Assembly (NCBI GenBank): GCA_030037595.1
Contig: JASHQJ010000178.1
Span: forward strand, 1 to 52,027
Direction: 5' to 3'
DNA: 52,027 bases
DNA from: Candidatus Binataceae bacterium
GTDB lineage: Bacteria; Desulfobacterota; Binatia; Binatales; Binataceae
Shown here: piece by piece, positions 18,159-26,945 of the stretch
Layout: each line of letters opens with the position of its first letter
How positions within the stretch are numbered: the stretch's first letter is position 1
The notes under the pieces: model-generated
The model's input: the letters and a program-made list of their open reading frames with translations, nothing else
Told to the model about the DNA's origin: nothing
The model's database searches: none
Position numbers and translations under genes: made by a program

Positions 18159-18626
18159 ATGGCGGAGCGAAGAATCGAGCGTGGCCATTATTTCGAGGAT
18201 TTTCAGATAGGCCACGTCTTCAAGCATCACTGGGGCCGCACCATCACCGAGGGTGACAACAGCTTCTTCACCTCGGTCACGATGAACTTCAACCCCATCT
18301 ACTTTAATCGCGAGTATGCGCAGAGCCTCGGCTACAAGAACGTCGTCGTCAATCATATGCTCGTGATGAACGTGGTGTTCGGGCTCTCCGTCGAGGATCT
18401 GAGCGAGCGCGCTATCGCCCACCTAGGCTACGAGCAGATGAAATTCGGCGAGACGGTTTATCCGGGCGACACGATCACCTCCGAGTCGATCGTGCTCTCC
18501 AAGCGCGATACCTCGCGCCCCGACCGCGGCGTCGTCAAGTTCCGCACCACAGGCTACAACCAGCACGGGGACAAGGTGCTCGAGTACGAGCGGCCGGTGC
18601 TGATCCGCAAACGCAATCCCGCTTAG
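18159..18626 (+). CDS. MaoC-like single hot-dog (enoyl-CoA hydratase family) protein, paralogue 1
   Basis: 155 aa with YFEDFQIGHVF..GRTITEGDNSFFTSVTMNFNPIYFN. The hydratase-2 signature is degenerate (MNFNPIY, no His). Confidence 0.8.
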   Translation: MAERRIERGHYFEDFQIGHVFKHHWGRTITEGDNSFFTSVTMNFNPIYFNREYAQSLGYKNVVVNHMLVMNVVFGLSVEDLSERAIAHLGYEQMKFGETVYPGDTITSESIVLSKRDTSRPDRGVVKFRTTGYNQHGDKVLEYERPVLIRKRNPA

Positions 18627-18638
18627 GAGCAATTCACG

Positions 18639-19805
18639 ATGCCGCTTGTCAGTCCCGAGCACGAGGAGATCCGCCGCTCGGTCCGTGAGTTCGTCGAAGC
18701 CGAAGTCAAACCTATCGCCAACGACCTCGATCGCAACAACCAGGAAATCCCCGAGCAGGTGCTGAAGAAGATGGCCGAGCTCGGCTACTTCGGCATCATA
18801 TTCCCCGAAGAGCAAGGCGGGATGGGCCTCGACTATATCGCGATGGCGATCGTCACCGAGGAGCTGTCGCGCGGCTGGCTCTCCGTCGGCTCCGTGATGA
18901 CTCGCAACGTCATAACAGGCACGCTCATCGCGGCCAACGGCACCGAGGAGCAGAGGCAGCGCTTCATGCCGAAGATCGCGCGCGGCGAGATCCTCACCGC
19001 GGCGGCGTTCACCGAGCCGGATTCGGGCAGCGATACTGCGTCATTCAAAACGCGCGCAGTGAAACAGGGCGACGGCTACCTCATCAAGGGATCAAAGATG
19101 TGGTGCACGTTCGCCAATCGCGCGCAGATGCTCACCGTGATGACGCGCACCGATCCCGACATCTCCAAGCGCCACCGAGGACTCTCGCTAATCCTGTTCG
19201 AGAAACAACCCGGCGATAACTTCATGCCGCCGCAGCTCACCGGCTCGCCGATCCCGACGATCGGCTATCACGGCATGCGGAGCTATGCGCTCCAATTCGA
19301 CGACGCCTACGCTCCCAAGGAGAATCTGATCGGCGGTCAGGAGGGCAGGGGATTCTACCAGCTTATGTCGTCATATGAGGCGGCGCGAATACAGACCGCG
19401 GCGCGCGGCGTCGGCGTCGCGCAGGCGGCCTTCGAGTGCGCGGTGAAGTATTGCAAGCAGCGCACGCAGTTCGGCCAGCCGATCGGCGATTTCCAGGTGA
19501 TCCGCCACAAGATCGCGCACATGGCGGTCGAGATCGAGGCAGCCCGCCAGCTCTGCTACTACGCCGCGTCGCAGAAAGACACGGGCAAGCGCAGTGACTA
19601 CGAGGCCGGCCTCGCCAAAGCGTTCGCGGCTGAGATGGCCGAGCGAGTGACGCGCGAAGCGATGCAGGTGCACGGCGGCTACGGCTACTCGATGGAATTC
19701 GAGGCGCAGCGCTTTTGGCGCGACGCGCGCGTGCTGTCTATCTTCGAGGGCACCAGCGAAATCCAGTACGAGGTCATCGGGCGGCGCATCATGGAGCAGA
19801 GCTGA
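18639..19805 (+). CDS. acyl-CoA dehydrogenase (short, about 388 aa form)
   Basis: ACAD motifs are present: AAFTEPDSGSD, GSKMWCTFA, and the catalytic-Glu region IFEGTSEIQYEVIGRRI. It starts 12 nt after the preceding hot-dog gene. Confidence 0.9.
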   Translation: MPLVSPEHEEIRRSVREFVEAEVKPIANDLDRNNQEIPEQVLKKMAELGYFGIIFPEEQGGMGLDYIAMAIVTEELSRGWLSVGSVMTRNVITGTLIAANGTEEQRQRFMPKIARGEILTAAAFTEPDSGSDTASFKTRAVKQGDGYLIKGSKMWCTFANRAQMLTVMTRTDPDISKRHRGLSLILFEKQPGDNFMPPQLTGSPIPTIGYHGMRSYALQFDDAYAPKENLIGGQEGRGFYQLMSSYEAARIQTAARGVGVAQAAFECAVKYCKQRTQFGQPIGDFQVIRHKIAHMAVEIEAARQLCYYAASQKDTGKRSDYEAGLAKAFAAEMAERVTREAMQVHGGYGYSMEFEAQRFWRDARVLSIFEGTSEIQYEVIGRRIMEQS

Positions 19806-20293
19806 TGGCAATCACGAGTGACGGCAGCTACTTCGAGGATTTCAATGTCGGCGACACGCTGATACATCCGCGCGGCCGCACGATCACGGAGGCCGACAAT
19901 CACAACTTCACCTCACTGGTGATGAACACGGCCGAGCTGCACTACAACCAGGATCTAATCGACAAGAATCCCGGCGCTTATGTCGGCGGCAAGCTGCTCG
20001 TGTATGGCGGCGTGGTGCTTGCGTTTACGGTCGGCCTCGCGTCGGAGGACACCAGCGAAAACGCAATCACTGAGCTCGAGATGGATAACGGCAAGCACAC
20101 CAATCCCGTTTTCCACGGCGATACGATTTACGCCGAATCGACGGTGCTTGATAAACGCGACGCCGATCGCCCAGACGCCGGCATCGTGAAGTTCAAGCTC
20201 GTCGGCAAGAAACCCGACGGCACCGTTGTCGTCGAAATCGAGCGCACCGTGCTCATCAAACGCAAATCGCACTACGCAAATACCGGCGTCTGA
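19805..20293 (+). CDS. MaoC-like single hot-dog protein, paralogue 2
   Basis: ATG at 19805 overlaps the ACAD stop (TGATG). The sequence is YFEDFNVGDTLIHPRGRTITEADNHNFTSLVMNTAELHYN; His is retained in the signature position. Confidence 0.8.
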   Translation: MAITSDGSYFEDFNVGDTLIHPRGRTITEADNHNFTSLVMNTAELHYNQDLIDKNPGAYVGGKLLVYGGVVLAFTVGLASEDTSENAITELEMDNGKHTNPVFHGDTIYAESTVLDKRDADRPDAGIVKFKLVGKKPDGTVVVEIERTVLIKRKSHYANTGV

Positions 20294-20326
20294 TCGCCCA
20301 GGCGGCGCCGAACTGGAGAAACAATC

Positions 20327-21364
20327 ATGTTCGTTCTCGACAAGGGACAACGCTTTGTCATCCCGCGCACCGAGATGACCTATCCCGGCCATAACCTCAA
20401 GCTGCATCAGAACGCCGCCGACGCGCAGAAGTCGCCGGTCGATCACGTGATGGCGGATTTCGAGGACGCCTGTCCTTACGAATTCAAGGGCGAGAAGAGC
20501 CGCAAGGTAATGGTCGAGGCGATGAACACGCTCGACTTCGGCAAGAAAGTCGTTTCGATTCGCCCCAACAACATCCACTCGAAATTCTTCAAGGGCGACA
20601 TGGAAGCGATCATGCTGGGCGCGCCGAACCGCTTCCACGGTATCATGCTGCCGAAGACGCGCGGGGCCGAGGAAATCCGCGAAGTGTCGAAGCTGCTCGA
20701 CGATCTCGAGAAGCGGGGAGGCTGGAAGTATCGCGTGCAGATCGAGTCGCTGATCGAAACGCCGCACGCGCTGATCAAGGCGTACGATATTGCCACCGCA
20801 TCCGACCGGATGTGCGGGCTCGTGTTTGGAATCGCGGACTACGCTGCCAACCTCGGCATCCGCGAGATCGTCGAGAATCAGAACCAGAATTTCCATTACT
20901 CGAAGCAGGCCGTTGTCGTGGCGGCGAAGGCTGCCGGATTGCACGCGGTGGACAACGTTTTCCTTCGCTTGTGGCGCAAGGAAGATTCACCCGATCGCGT
21001 AAAGGAACTGCAGGGTCAGCTCCGCGCCAAGAATGAAGGCGCGGCCAACCTCGGCATGGACGGCACCTGGGTAATTCATCCCCAGCAGGCCGAAATCGCG
21101 AACTCTTGCTACACGCCGAGCCAGGAGCAGATCGACGAAGCGCGCCGCGTGGTGAAGCTCTACCACGAGAAGGGTGGAGGCTCGATGGCGGATCCCAAGT
21201 CGGGTGAGATGATCGACGAGGCGACGATCAAGATCGCGCTGATGGATCTCGCAAAGGGCACGCAGGCCGGGATGGTCTCGGACGCGGAGCTGCGCGAGTG
21301 GTCGGCCAAGAGCCGCGATATCACGGGCTACGACATCCTGGAGCTGATGCGCCGCGTCGCGTAG
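20327..21364 (+). CDS. HpcH/HpaI aldolase - citrate-lyase-beta (CitE) family acyl-CoA lyase (malyl-/methylmalyl-/citramalyl-CoA lyase-like)
   Basis: 345 aa with a GGAGAA RBS. Family-like segments are ADFEDACP, GIMLPKTRGAEEI, ESLIETPHAL, GLVFGIADYAANLG and WVIHPQQ. Its length and layout resemble the Chloroflexus/Rhodobacter Mcl-type lyases. Confidence 0.75.
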   Translation: MFVLDKGQRFVIPRTEMTYPGHNLKLHQNAADAQKSPVDHVMADFEDACPYEFKGEKSRKVMVEAMNTLDFGKKVVSIRPNNIHSKFFKGDMEAIMLGAPNRFHGIMLPKTRGAEEIREVSKLLDDLEKRGGWKYRVQIESLIETPHALIKAYDIATASDRMCGLVFGIADYAANLGIREIVENQNQNFHYSKQAVVVAAKAAGLHAVDNVFLRLWRKEDSPDRVKELQGQLRAKNEGAANLGMDGTWVIHPQQAEIANSCYTPSQEQIDEARRVVKLYHEKGGGSMADPKSGEMIDEATIKIALMDLAKGTQAGMVSDAELREWSAKSRDITGYDILELMRRVA

Positions 21365-21396
21365 CGACTCATCGGCTATCGCGGGGCGCGGTTCGC

Positions 21397-22311
21397 ATGC
21401 GAGTTATGATGCGGCGTCTTGGATGTTCGCATCGCGATCGGGAGAGCGCGCCGGGCCGTTGGCTCATCACATTCGGATTGAGTCTCGCCGCCGCGCTATG
21501 GCTTGCAGAGCCGGCGCGCGCCGATCTTAGCCAGCGCTACTTCGTCGGCAACTTCCTCGGCTACTCCGCGCAGCCTTACGATTACATCTCGCTTTCGGGA
21601 TCGGTGAGCCGCGGCGCGGATTCTGCCCTGCTCTACGTCGAAAAGACGGTCTCTTCCGTTTCCAGTCTGTCGCTGTCCGCCAGCATCCAGCATTACGGAG
21701 GCAACGATCACGCCACAGGATGGAACGACCTGGATTTTTCCTACAAGCAGACGGTTTTGCAGTGGGATGCCTCGGACTTTCTGGTCTCGCTGGGGCCTAA
21801 TCTTGAGGTGCCCAACGGCGACGAGAGTGTCGGCGCGAGCCAGCATACCAAGGCGGGCGCGGATCTGCTGTTTGCGAAAGGTCTTGTCGAAGTCCCCGAC
21901 TCGATGGCGGCGTTGCGCGCGTTCCAGTTCGAAGGCGACTACTTCTGGGACGCGAACATCAGCGGACCGAGCGAGAACTTGCTACTCACCAACACCGAGA
22001 TTGAGTATTCGATTGGCTATCTCGACAAGTATGTGACCGGCGCGCAGGTGAATGAATTCTTGGGTCACCTGACACCGCATCTGGACTTCGAGTACGCGCA
22101 ATACCTGAGCACGCGAGAAAACTCAACTGCGCCGGATTTTGAACTGACGCCGGGGGTTGCGTGGATCAACCGGATCTTCGAAATCAACCTGGGGCTGCAG
22201 ATTGGGATGAATCACAGCTCGACTGTGACCGGCAACGTCGGCTTCGTATGGCTCCTCGGCGTGTCATTCGACGAGGTATGGCCCGCACTCGGCTGGACAC
22301 CGTTTCGATGA
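21397..22311 (+). CDS. secreted beta-rich protein, possible outer-membrane beta-barrel
   Basis: ATG at 21397. The signal peptide is WLITFGLSLAAALWLAEPARA|DL. Alternating hydrophobic strands run to the C-terminus (FELTPGVAWINRIFEINLGLQIGMN…GNVGFVWLLGVSF). It lies 32 nt after the lyase on the same strand. Confidence 0.55.
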   Translation: MRVMMRRLGCSHRDRESAPGRWLITFGLSLAAALWLAEPARADLSQRYFVGNFLGYSAQPYDYISLSGSVSRGADSALLYVEKTVSSVSSLSLSASIQHYGGNDHATGWNDLDFSYKQTVLQWDASDFLVSLGPNLEVPNGDESVGASQHTKAGADLLFAKGLVEVPDSMAALRAFQFEGDYFWDANISGPSENLLLTNTEIEYSIGYLDKYVTGAQVNEFLGHLTPHLDFEYAQYLSTRENSTAPDFELTPGVAWINRIFEINLGLQIGMNHSSTVTGNVGFVWLLGVSFDEVWPALGWTPFR

Positions 22312-23283
22312 AGCCGATTCGCCTGCGCGAGTGCGCTGCCGTCACGCTGCGCCCGACGCCGCCCCCTTTCACTTCGACGGAACCTTTCATAAGCCGTCGC
22401 ACCTTCCGGCGCCGCTCGATGCATGGGAGCCCGGTTGGTATTGGCATACGCTGCGCGCAGGCGGGCGACTCTGCGGCGTGCGAATCCGCGCGGCGGTAAC
22501 ATCGGCGAAGCCGGCTCTTCGCGTTGCGCTGTACGCTCGCGGACGTGTCAGTGCCGGTGATCGCGATGCGATTCGGCGCGAGTTGCGATGGCGCTTCGAT
22601 CTCACGGCGGACCTTCGGAAGTTCAGTCGGCAGGCGCGGCAAAATCGACGCCTGCGCACCGTTGTAAGCAAATGGCGCGACACACGCGATTCGTGCGCCT
22701 ACAGCATCTACGAGCTGCTCGTCGTTTCGCTCCTCCTGCAAAACGCCACGGTGAGGCGCACGGTGCAGATGATGCAGTCGCTGCTGGAAGCATTCGGCAC
22801 CAAGCTCACCTTCGACGGGAAGACGCTCTTTGCGATCTGGCGGCCGGCAGAGGCCGCCGCAGTCTCCGAGTCCGATCTGAGGGCGCTCAAGATAGGCTAC
22901 CGTGCGCGCTTCCTGAAGCGGCTATCTGCCGACTTCGCCAAGCGCAAGGTTGACGAGATGAAGCTGCGGGCTCTTGATGCCGACGCGGCGCGAAAGGAGC
23001 TCATGAGACACTCTATGAAGTAGGGCCCGAGACGGCGCGCATCCTGCTCCATCCGGCCTGCCATCATAATGTGCCGCTCGATCATATCGCGCCGTGGCAG
23101 CAGAAGATTTATTCGCGGCTGTTCTACAATCGATCGATGGTGCCGGTGCGAAGGATAGTGCGCGACTTCAATCACCAATTCGGCGACTACGCGAGCCTCT
23201 CAATCAGTTAGACGTGGGAGGATCTCTTCTGGCGGCACGCGCAGAAGCCGAACCCGTGGCTAGGGAAGGAGATCAGGTTGTAG
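22308..23283 (+). pseudogene. decayed HhH-GPD superfamily DNA glycosylase (AlkA/Ogg-like)
   Basis: The reading frame breaks. The frame-2 ORF 22331-23023 ends …DADAARKELMRHSMK*, and the HhH motif continues in frame 1 (LYEVGPETARILL…VPLDHI…FGDYASLSIS). An in-frame TAG follows at 23209, then TWEDLFWRH… runs to the TAG at 23281. A further possible shift lies in the C5 run at 22362-22366, linking ATG 22308 (MKPIRLRECAAVTLRPTPPP) to FHFDGTFHKPSH. Confidence 0.6.
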
Positions 23284-23456
23284 GGTTCCACGGCGGCATG
23301 CATTTTTCTCCCTCACTCGACGTCGCGGTGGCGGCCGCAGCGGCCTTGATTCCTCGCGCCACGCTCGGAATGACGAACGGTTGGCTGGTGCGCGCAATTC
23401 TCCATCTCCCTGACCAGGGAGAGGACTTAGGTGAGGGTCGTCCGATCTGCGAAATG

Positions 23457-23481
23457 CCCGTGCGGTTTCTTACGGCACGGG
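23457..23481 (-). terminator. stem-loop enclosing the argC stop codon
   Basis: CCCGTGC (23457-23463) pairs with GCACGGG (23475-23481). No U-tract follows, so this is weak. Confidence 0.25.
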
Positions 23482-24525
23482 GGCGACGTTCAGCAGGCCG
23501 GCGGCTTCGTCGAATCCCAGCATGATGTTCAAATTCTGGATCGCCTGGCCGGCCGCGCCTTTGCCCAGATTATCGATCGCCGTGATCACGAGCAGCGTGC
23601 CGGTGCGGCGATCGAGCATGTAGGCGATTTCGCAGAAGTTGGTCGCGCGAACATTCTTGATCTCCGGCAGCTCGCCCGGTTTCATGATGCGGACGAAACG
23701 CGACTTGGCGAAGCTCGCCTCGAATGCCGCCGCGACGTCCGACTCGGTCGTGCCCGCGCGCGGGCGCATAAAAATCGACGACAGGATTCCGCGCGTGACC
23801 GGCAGCAGGTGCGGCACGAAGAGGATTGCGACCTCTCGGCCGAGCGCTGCGCTGATCTCCTGCTCCATCTCGGGAGTATGCCGATGCTTGCCGACGTTGT
23901 AGGCGCGGAAATTCTCGTTGACTTCCGCGTAGAGCTGCTCGATCGCGGCGGCGCGCCGCGCGCCGGTCGTGCCGGACTTGGAATCGATAATGATCGACGA
24001 CGGTTCGATGAGATCGCGCTTGATGAGCGGCAGCAGCGCGAGCAGCGCCGCCGTCGGGAAGCATCCGGGATTCGCGACCAACCGCGCCTCCCGGATCTGC
24101 GCGCGATGGAATTCGGTTAGACCGTAAACCGCTTGTCGCAAAAGCCCCGGAGCAGGATGGTCGACACCGTATGTAGTGCGGTACTGGACGGGATCGGTCA
24201 GGCGGAAGTCGGCGGAGAAGTCGATTACATCGACTTCGTCTTTCACCAGCTCCGCGACCATCGTGGTGCCGACTTTTTCCGGCAGGCACGAGAGCACGAA
24301 ATCGGCCCGGCCGCGCAGCAGGTCGGCGCGCAGCTCTTCGAAGGGCGGGAGATCGACGCCCGCGAGATGGCGGAACACGTCGGCCACTTCGCGCCCGGCG
24401 TAGTGTTCAGATGTGAGGACGCTCAGCTCGACGAAAGGATGACTGGCGAGTATCCGGACCGCTTCGATACCCGAATAGCCCGAAGCCCCAACCACGGCCA
24501 CTCTGACTTTGTCATGCGAAGCCAT
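23470..24525 (-). CDS. argC: N-acetyl-gamma-glutamyl-phosphate reductase
   Basis: 351 aa. VRVAVVGASGYSGIEAVRIL is the NAD-binding N-terminus, and the active-site Cys lies in ANPGCFPTAALLALLPL. Confidence 0.92.
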   Translation of the reverse strand: MASHDKVRVAVVGASGYSGIEAVRILASHPFVELSVLTSEHYAGREVADVFRHLAGVDLPPFEELRADLLRGRADFVLSCLPEKVGTTMVAELVKDEVDVIDFSADFRLTDPVQYRTTYGVDHPAPGLLRQAVYGLTEFHRAQIREARLVANPGCFPTAALLALLPLIKRDLIEPSSIIIDSKSGTTGARRAAAIEQLYAEVNENFRAYNVGKHRHTPEMEQEISAALGREVAILFVPHLLPVTRGILSSIFMRPRAGTTESDVAAAFEASFAKSRFVRIMKPGELPEIKNVRATNFCEIAYMLDRRTGTLLVITAIDNLGKGAAGQAIQNLNIMLGFDEAAGLLNVAPVP

Positions 24526-24617
24526 CAGGGATAGCGCCTTTCGTCTAAGGTTTTACGCGAACGAAATCCAAGTATCATGAATTTGTAAGCAAAGCCACTT
24601 AGACGCGTTTGCGTGAA

Positions 24618-26867
24618 CTATTTGGTGTCGAATTCGAACACCATCTCGCTCGGCGCGTTGGCTGGATCGTGCCCGAGTTTCTCGATGTAGAGCCGGACGA
24701 CCTCGTCCTTGGGATTCTCGGTATGCATCGCTTCGAGCTCAGACTTGGCGTTGGCCGCCGCGCCGCTGTGGATCAAGTCTATCACCGACGCAAAACGGCG
24801 ATAGAAGGCGGGGTCGACGCCGTCGCCTTCGTGGGCGGCCACCTCGACGACCGGCACGAGCTGCTCCTTGCCCTTGACCTTCACGAGGCCGAGCTCGCGC
24901 GCGATGTACTTGCCGCGAGATTCGTTGAGCGTCTGGCGGCTGGCCAGCAGATGCACCTTGAAGTGGCGCGTCAGGCCCTCGAGGCGCGACGCGAGGTTCA
25001 CGGTGTCGCCGATCACGGAGTAGTCGAAGCGGTTGGCGCCGCCAAAGTTGCCGACGATCGCCTCGCCGGTCGCGATGCCGATGCCAATGTCGATGTCCTT
25101 GAAGCGCGGGTCGTTCTTTTGCAGCGAGCGCAATTCGGCGAGCATCGCGAGCGCCGCATCGATCGCGGCGCCGGCCTGGTTCGCCACTTCTACCGGTGCA
25201 CCCCAGAACGCCATGATTCCATCGCCGCGGATCTTATCGACCACGCCGCCGCTTTCGAGGATTCGATCGGTCATCTTGGTCATGTAGTCGTTGAGCAGCG
25301 CGACCAGTGCTGCGGGGTCGGTTCTCTCGGAGAGTCCGGTGTAATTGACGATATCGGCAAACAGGATCGTCATCACGCGGCGCTCGCCGCCGAGCTTCAG
25401 GCCCTCGGGCTTGGCCACCAGCGATTCGATCACCTCAGGATGCAGGTAATGCTCGAAGGCGTGGCGGAGATGGCGCTTCTCGCGGCCCTCGGTCGCGTAG
25501 CGGTAGCTGACCAGTGCAAGGTAGGTGAGGGCGAGGGTAGAAAGCGGGAACACGACGCCGATGATTTCGCCACTCATGTCGAGCCGGTACTGCGCGAACG
25601 CGAAATAGCCGAATCCCAGTAGCAGCGCCGCGATCAAGGCGCTCACGGCGGAAACTGTTCCGGCGGCGATCGCGATTGAAACGCCGACGATTGCGCCCGC
25701 TGCCAGTTCGATGATCGGCTCACGCGGCTTGAAGACGAAATCACCTTTGAGGACGTTATCGATCGCGGTCGCATGAATCTCGACGCGCGGTGTCTCGCCG
25801 CTGAATGGCGTAACTCCGCGATCGCCGAGCCCCGTCGCCGTCAACCCGATCACAACGATATGGCTAGCGAGACTCGCCTTCGGGACCTTGTGATCGATGA
25901 TATCGGAGACTGAGAAGCGCGGTATCGTTCCCTGCGGGCCGCGGTAGCGGAGCAGCATGTGGCCGCCGAGATCAACCGGAATCTGTTCGCCGGCGATCTG
26001 CACTCCCTGCACGCCGAACTGGTCGAGGCGCAGGATCAACGCCGAATCGTTGGTGGCGGCGCGTACGGCCGCGAGAAACATCGGTACGCAATACGCGCCG
26101 TCGAAAGGGATCACCGTGTACTCGTCGCGGATCGCGCCGTCGAGATCGTGATCGATGTTGACGAACGCGATCGACTGGGCAGCTTGGTTGAGCGACGGGA
26201 TCGGTGGAATGTACTGGGTGGCGAAAAAGAGCGGCGGCTGCGGACCCGGCGCCTGGTTCACGATGTTGTAAACCAGCGGCCCGGGCTGGCGAATCTTGCT
26301 TAGCGCGCCTACCACGTTGGACTCCGCGGTATTCTTCGTGCCGGCCTCGAAGACAGTCTCAAAGAAGTAGGGCAGAATCGTTTCGCCCTGCGCCTTGATC
26401 GCCGCGGCGAGGGCCTGGTCGCCGCTGAGGCCGACGGCCTGCGCGATCTCGTTAGGCGCGAGCTTCAGCGCCTTGAGGTTGTCCGCGATCGTTGAACGCT
26501 CGATGTCGGTTTCACCGCGCTCAGTGAACATCACGTCGGAAGCGATGATCGCGACCTGGTAGTAGTTCTTGAGCGAGGTCACGAGCTTGGCCATCGTGTC
26601 ACGCGGCCACGGCCATTGCCCAAGCTCATCGATCGAGGCGTCGTCGATGGCGGCGATATCGACCACGCCGGTCGGCGGCGCGACCTGCCCTGAATACATG
26701 CGGAGGTCGTTGACCTTGAGATCGAGAAACTCAAACGCGTCAGGCTGCCGGTAGCGCGCGATGAACATCAGCACCACGACCAGTAGGCCAAGGGCGATAG
26801 TTCTCTTATGCCCGCGAACGCGGACCGTCGTGGCTTTCCGGGTTGTTCTCGATCCTCTCGTTGCCAT
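24618..26867 (-). CDS. CHASE2-domain class III adenylate/guanylate cyclase
   Basis: 749 aa. It has an N-terminal TM segment, a roughly 350-aa extracytoplasmic CHASE2-like region and three TM segments. The cyclase domain follows (MTILFADIVNYTGLSE…KIRGDGIMAFWGAP…IGDTVNLASRLE). Confidence 0.85.
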   Translation of the reverse strand: MATRGSRTTRKATTVRVRGHKRTIALGLLVVVLMFIARYRQPDAFEFLDLKVNDLRMYSGQVAPPTGVVDIAAIDDASIDELGQWPWPRDTMAKLVTSLKNYYQVAIIASDVMFTERGETDIERSTIADNLKALKLAPNEIAQAVGLSGDQALAAAIKAQGETILPYFFETVFEAGTKNTAESNVVGALSKIRQPGPLVYNIVNQAPGPQPPLFFATQYIPPIPSLNQAAQSIAFVNIDHDLDGAIRDEYTVIPFDGAYCVPMFLAAVRAATNDSALILRLDQFGVQGVQIAGEQIPVDLGGHMLLRYRGPQGTIPRFSVSDIIDHKVPKASLASHIVVIGLTATGLGDRGVTPFSGETPRVEIHATAIDNVLKGDFVFKPREPIIELAAGAIVGVSIAIAAGTVSAVSALIAALLLGFGYFAFAQYRLDMSGEIIGVVFPLSTLALTYLALVSYRYATEGREKRHLRHAFEHYLHPEVIESLVAKPEGLKLGGERRVMTILFADIVNYTGLSERTDPAALVALLNDYMTKMTDRILESGGVVDKIRGDGIMAFWGAPVEVANQAGAAIDAALAMLAELRSLQKNDPRFKDIDIGIGIATGEAIVGNFGGANRFDYSVIGDTVNLASRLEGLTRHFKVHLLASRQTLNESRGKYIARELGLVKVKGKEQLVPVVEVAAHEGDGVDPAFYRRFASVIDLIHSGAAANAKSELEAMHTENPKDEVVRLYIEKLGHDPANAPSEMVFEFDTK

Positions 26868-26881
26868 CGCGAATTAGCCGA

Positions 26882-26912
26882 GATTAGCGCGCCGAACGCT
26901 GACGCGCTAATC
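26882..26912 (-). promoter_or_regulatory. perfect 10-bp stem-loop in the cyclase 5' leader
   Basis: GATTAGCGCG (26882-26891) pairs with CGCGCTAATC (26903-26912), with an 11-nt loop. It lies 15 nt upstream of the cyclase ATG (26867), and no SD is visible between them. Confidence 0.35.
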
Positions 26913-26945
26913 GCAGCGGCAGCCGCAAAGCTGGCTCCACTCAGG

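Noticed and set aside
23094-23525. 143-aa ORF spanning the glycosylase remnant, the non-coding gap and the argC 3' end
   Set aside because: It has no motif support. It crosses a hairpin-rich gap and overlaps argC. The upstream part is better explained as the out-of-frame tail of the decayed glycosylase.
24609-25622. 337-aa plus-strand ORF antisense to the CHASE2 cyclase. Similar long antisense ORFs occur at 19955-20944, 40962-42203, 44191-45102, 45550-46338 and 49882-51048.
   Set aside because: All lie opposite genes with clear family motifs. They have skewed Arg/Ala/Asp/His composition and no RBS, so they are GC-driven open frames.
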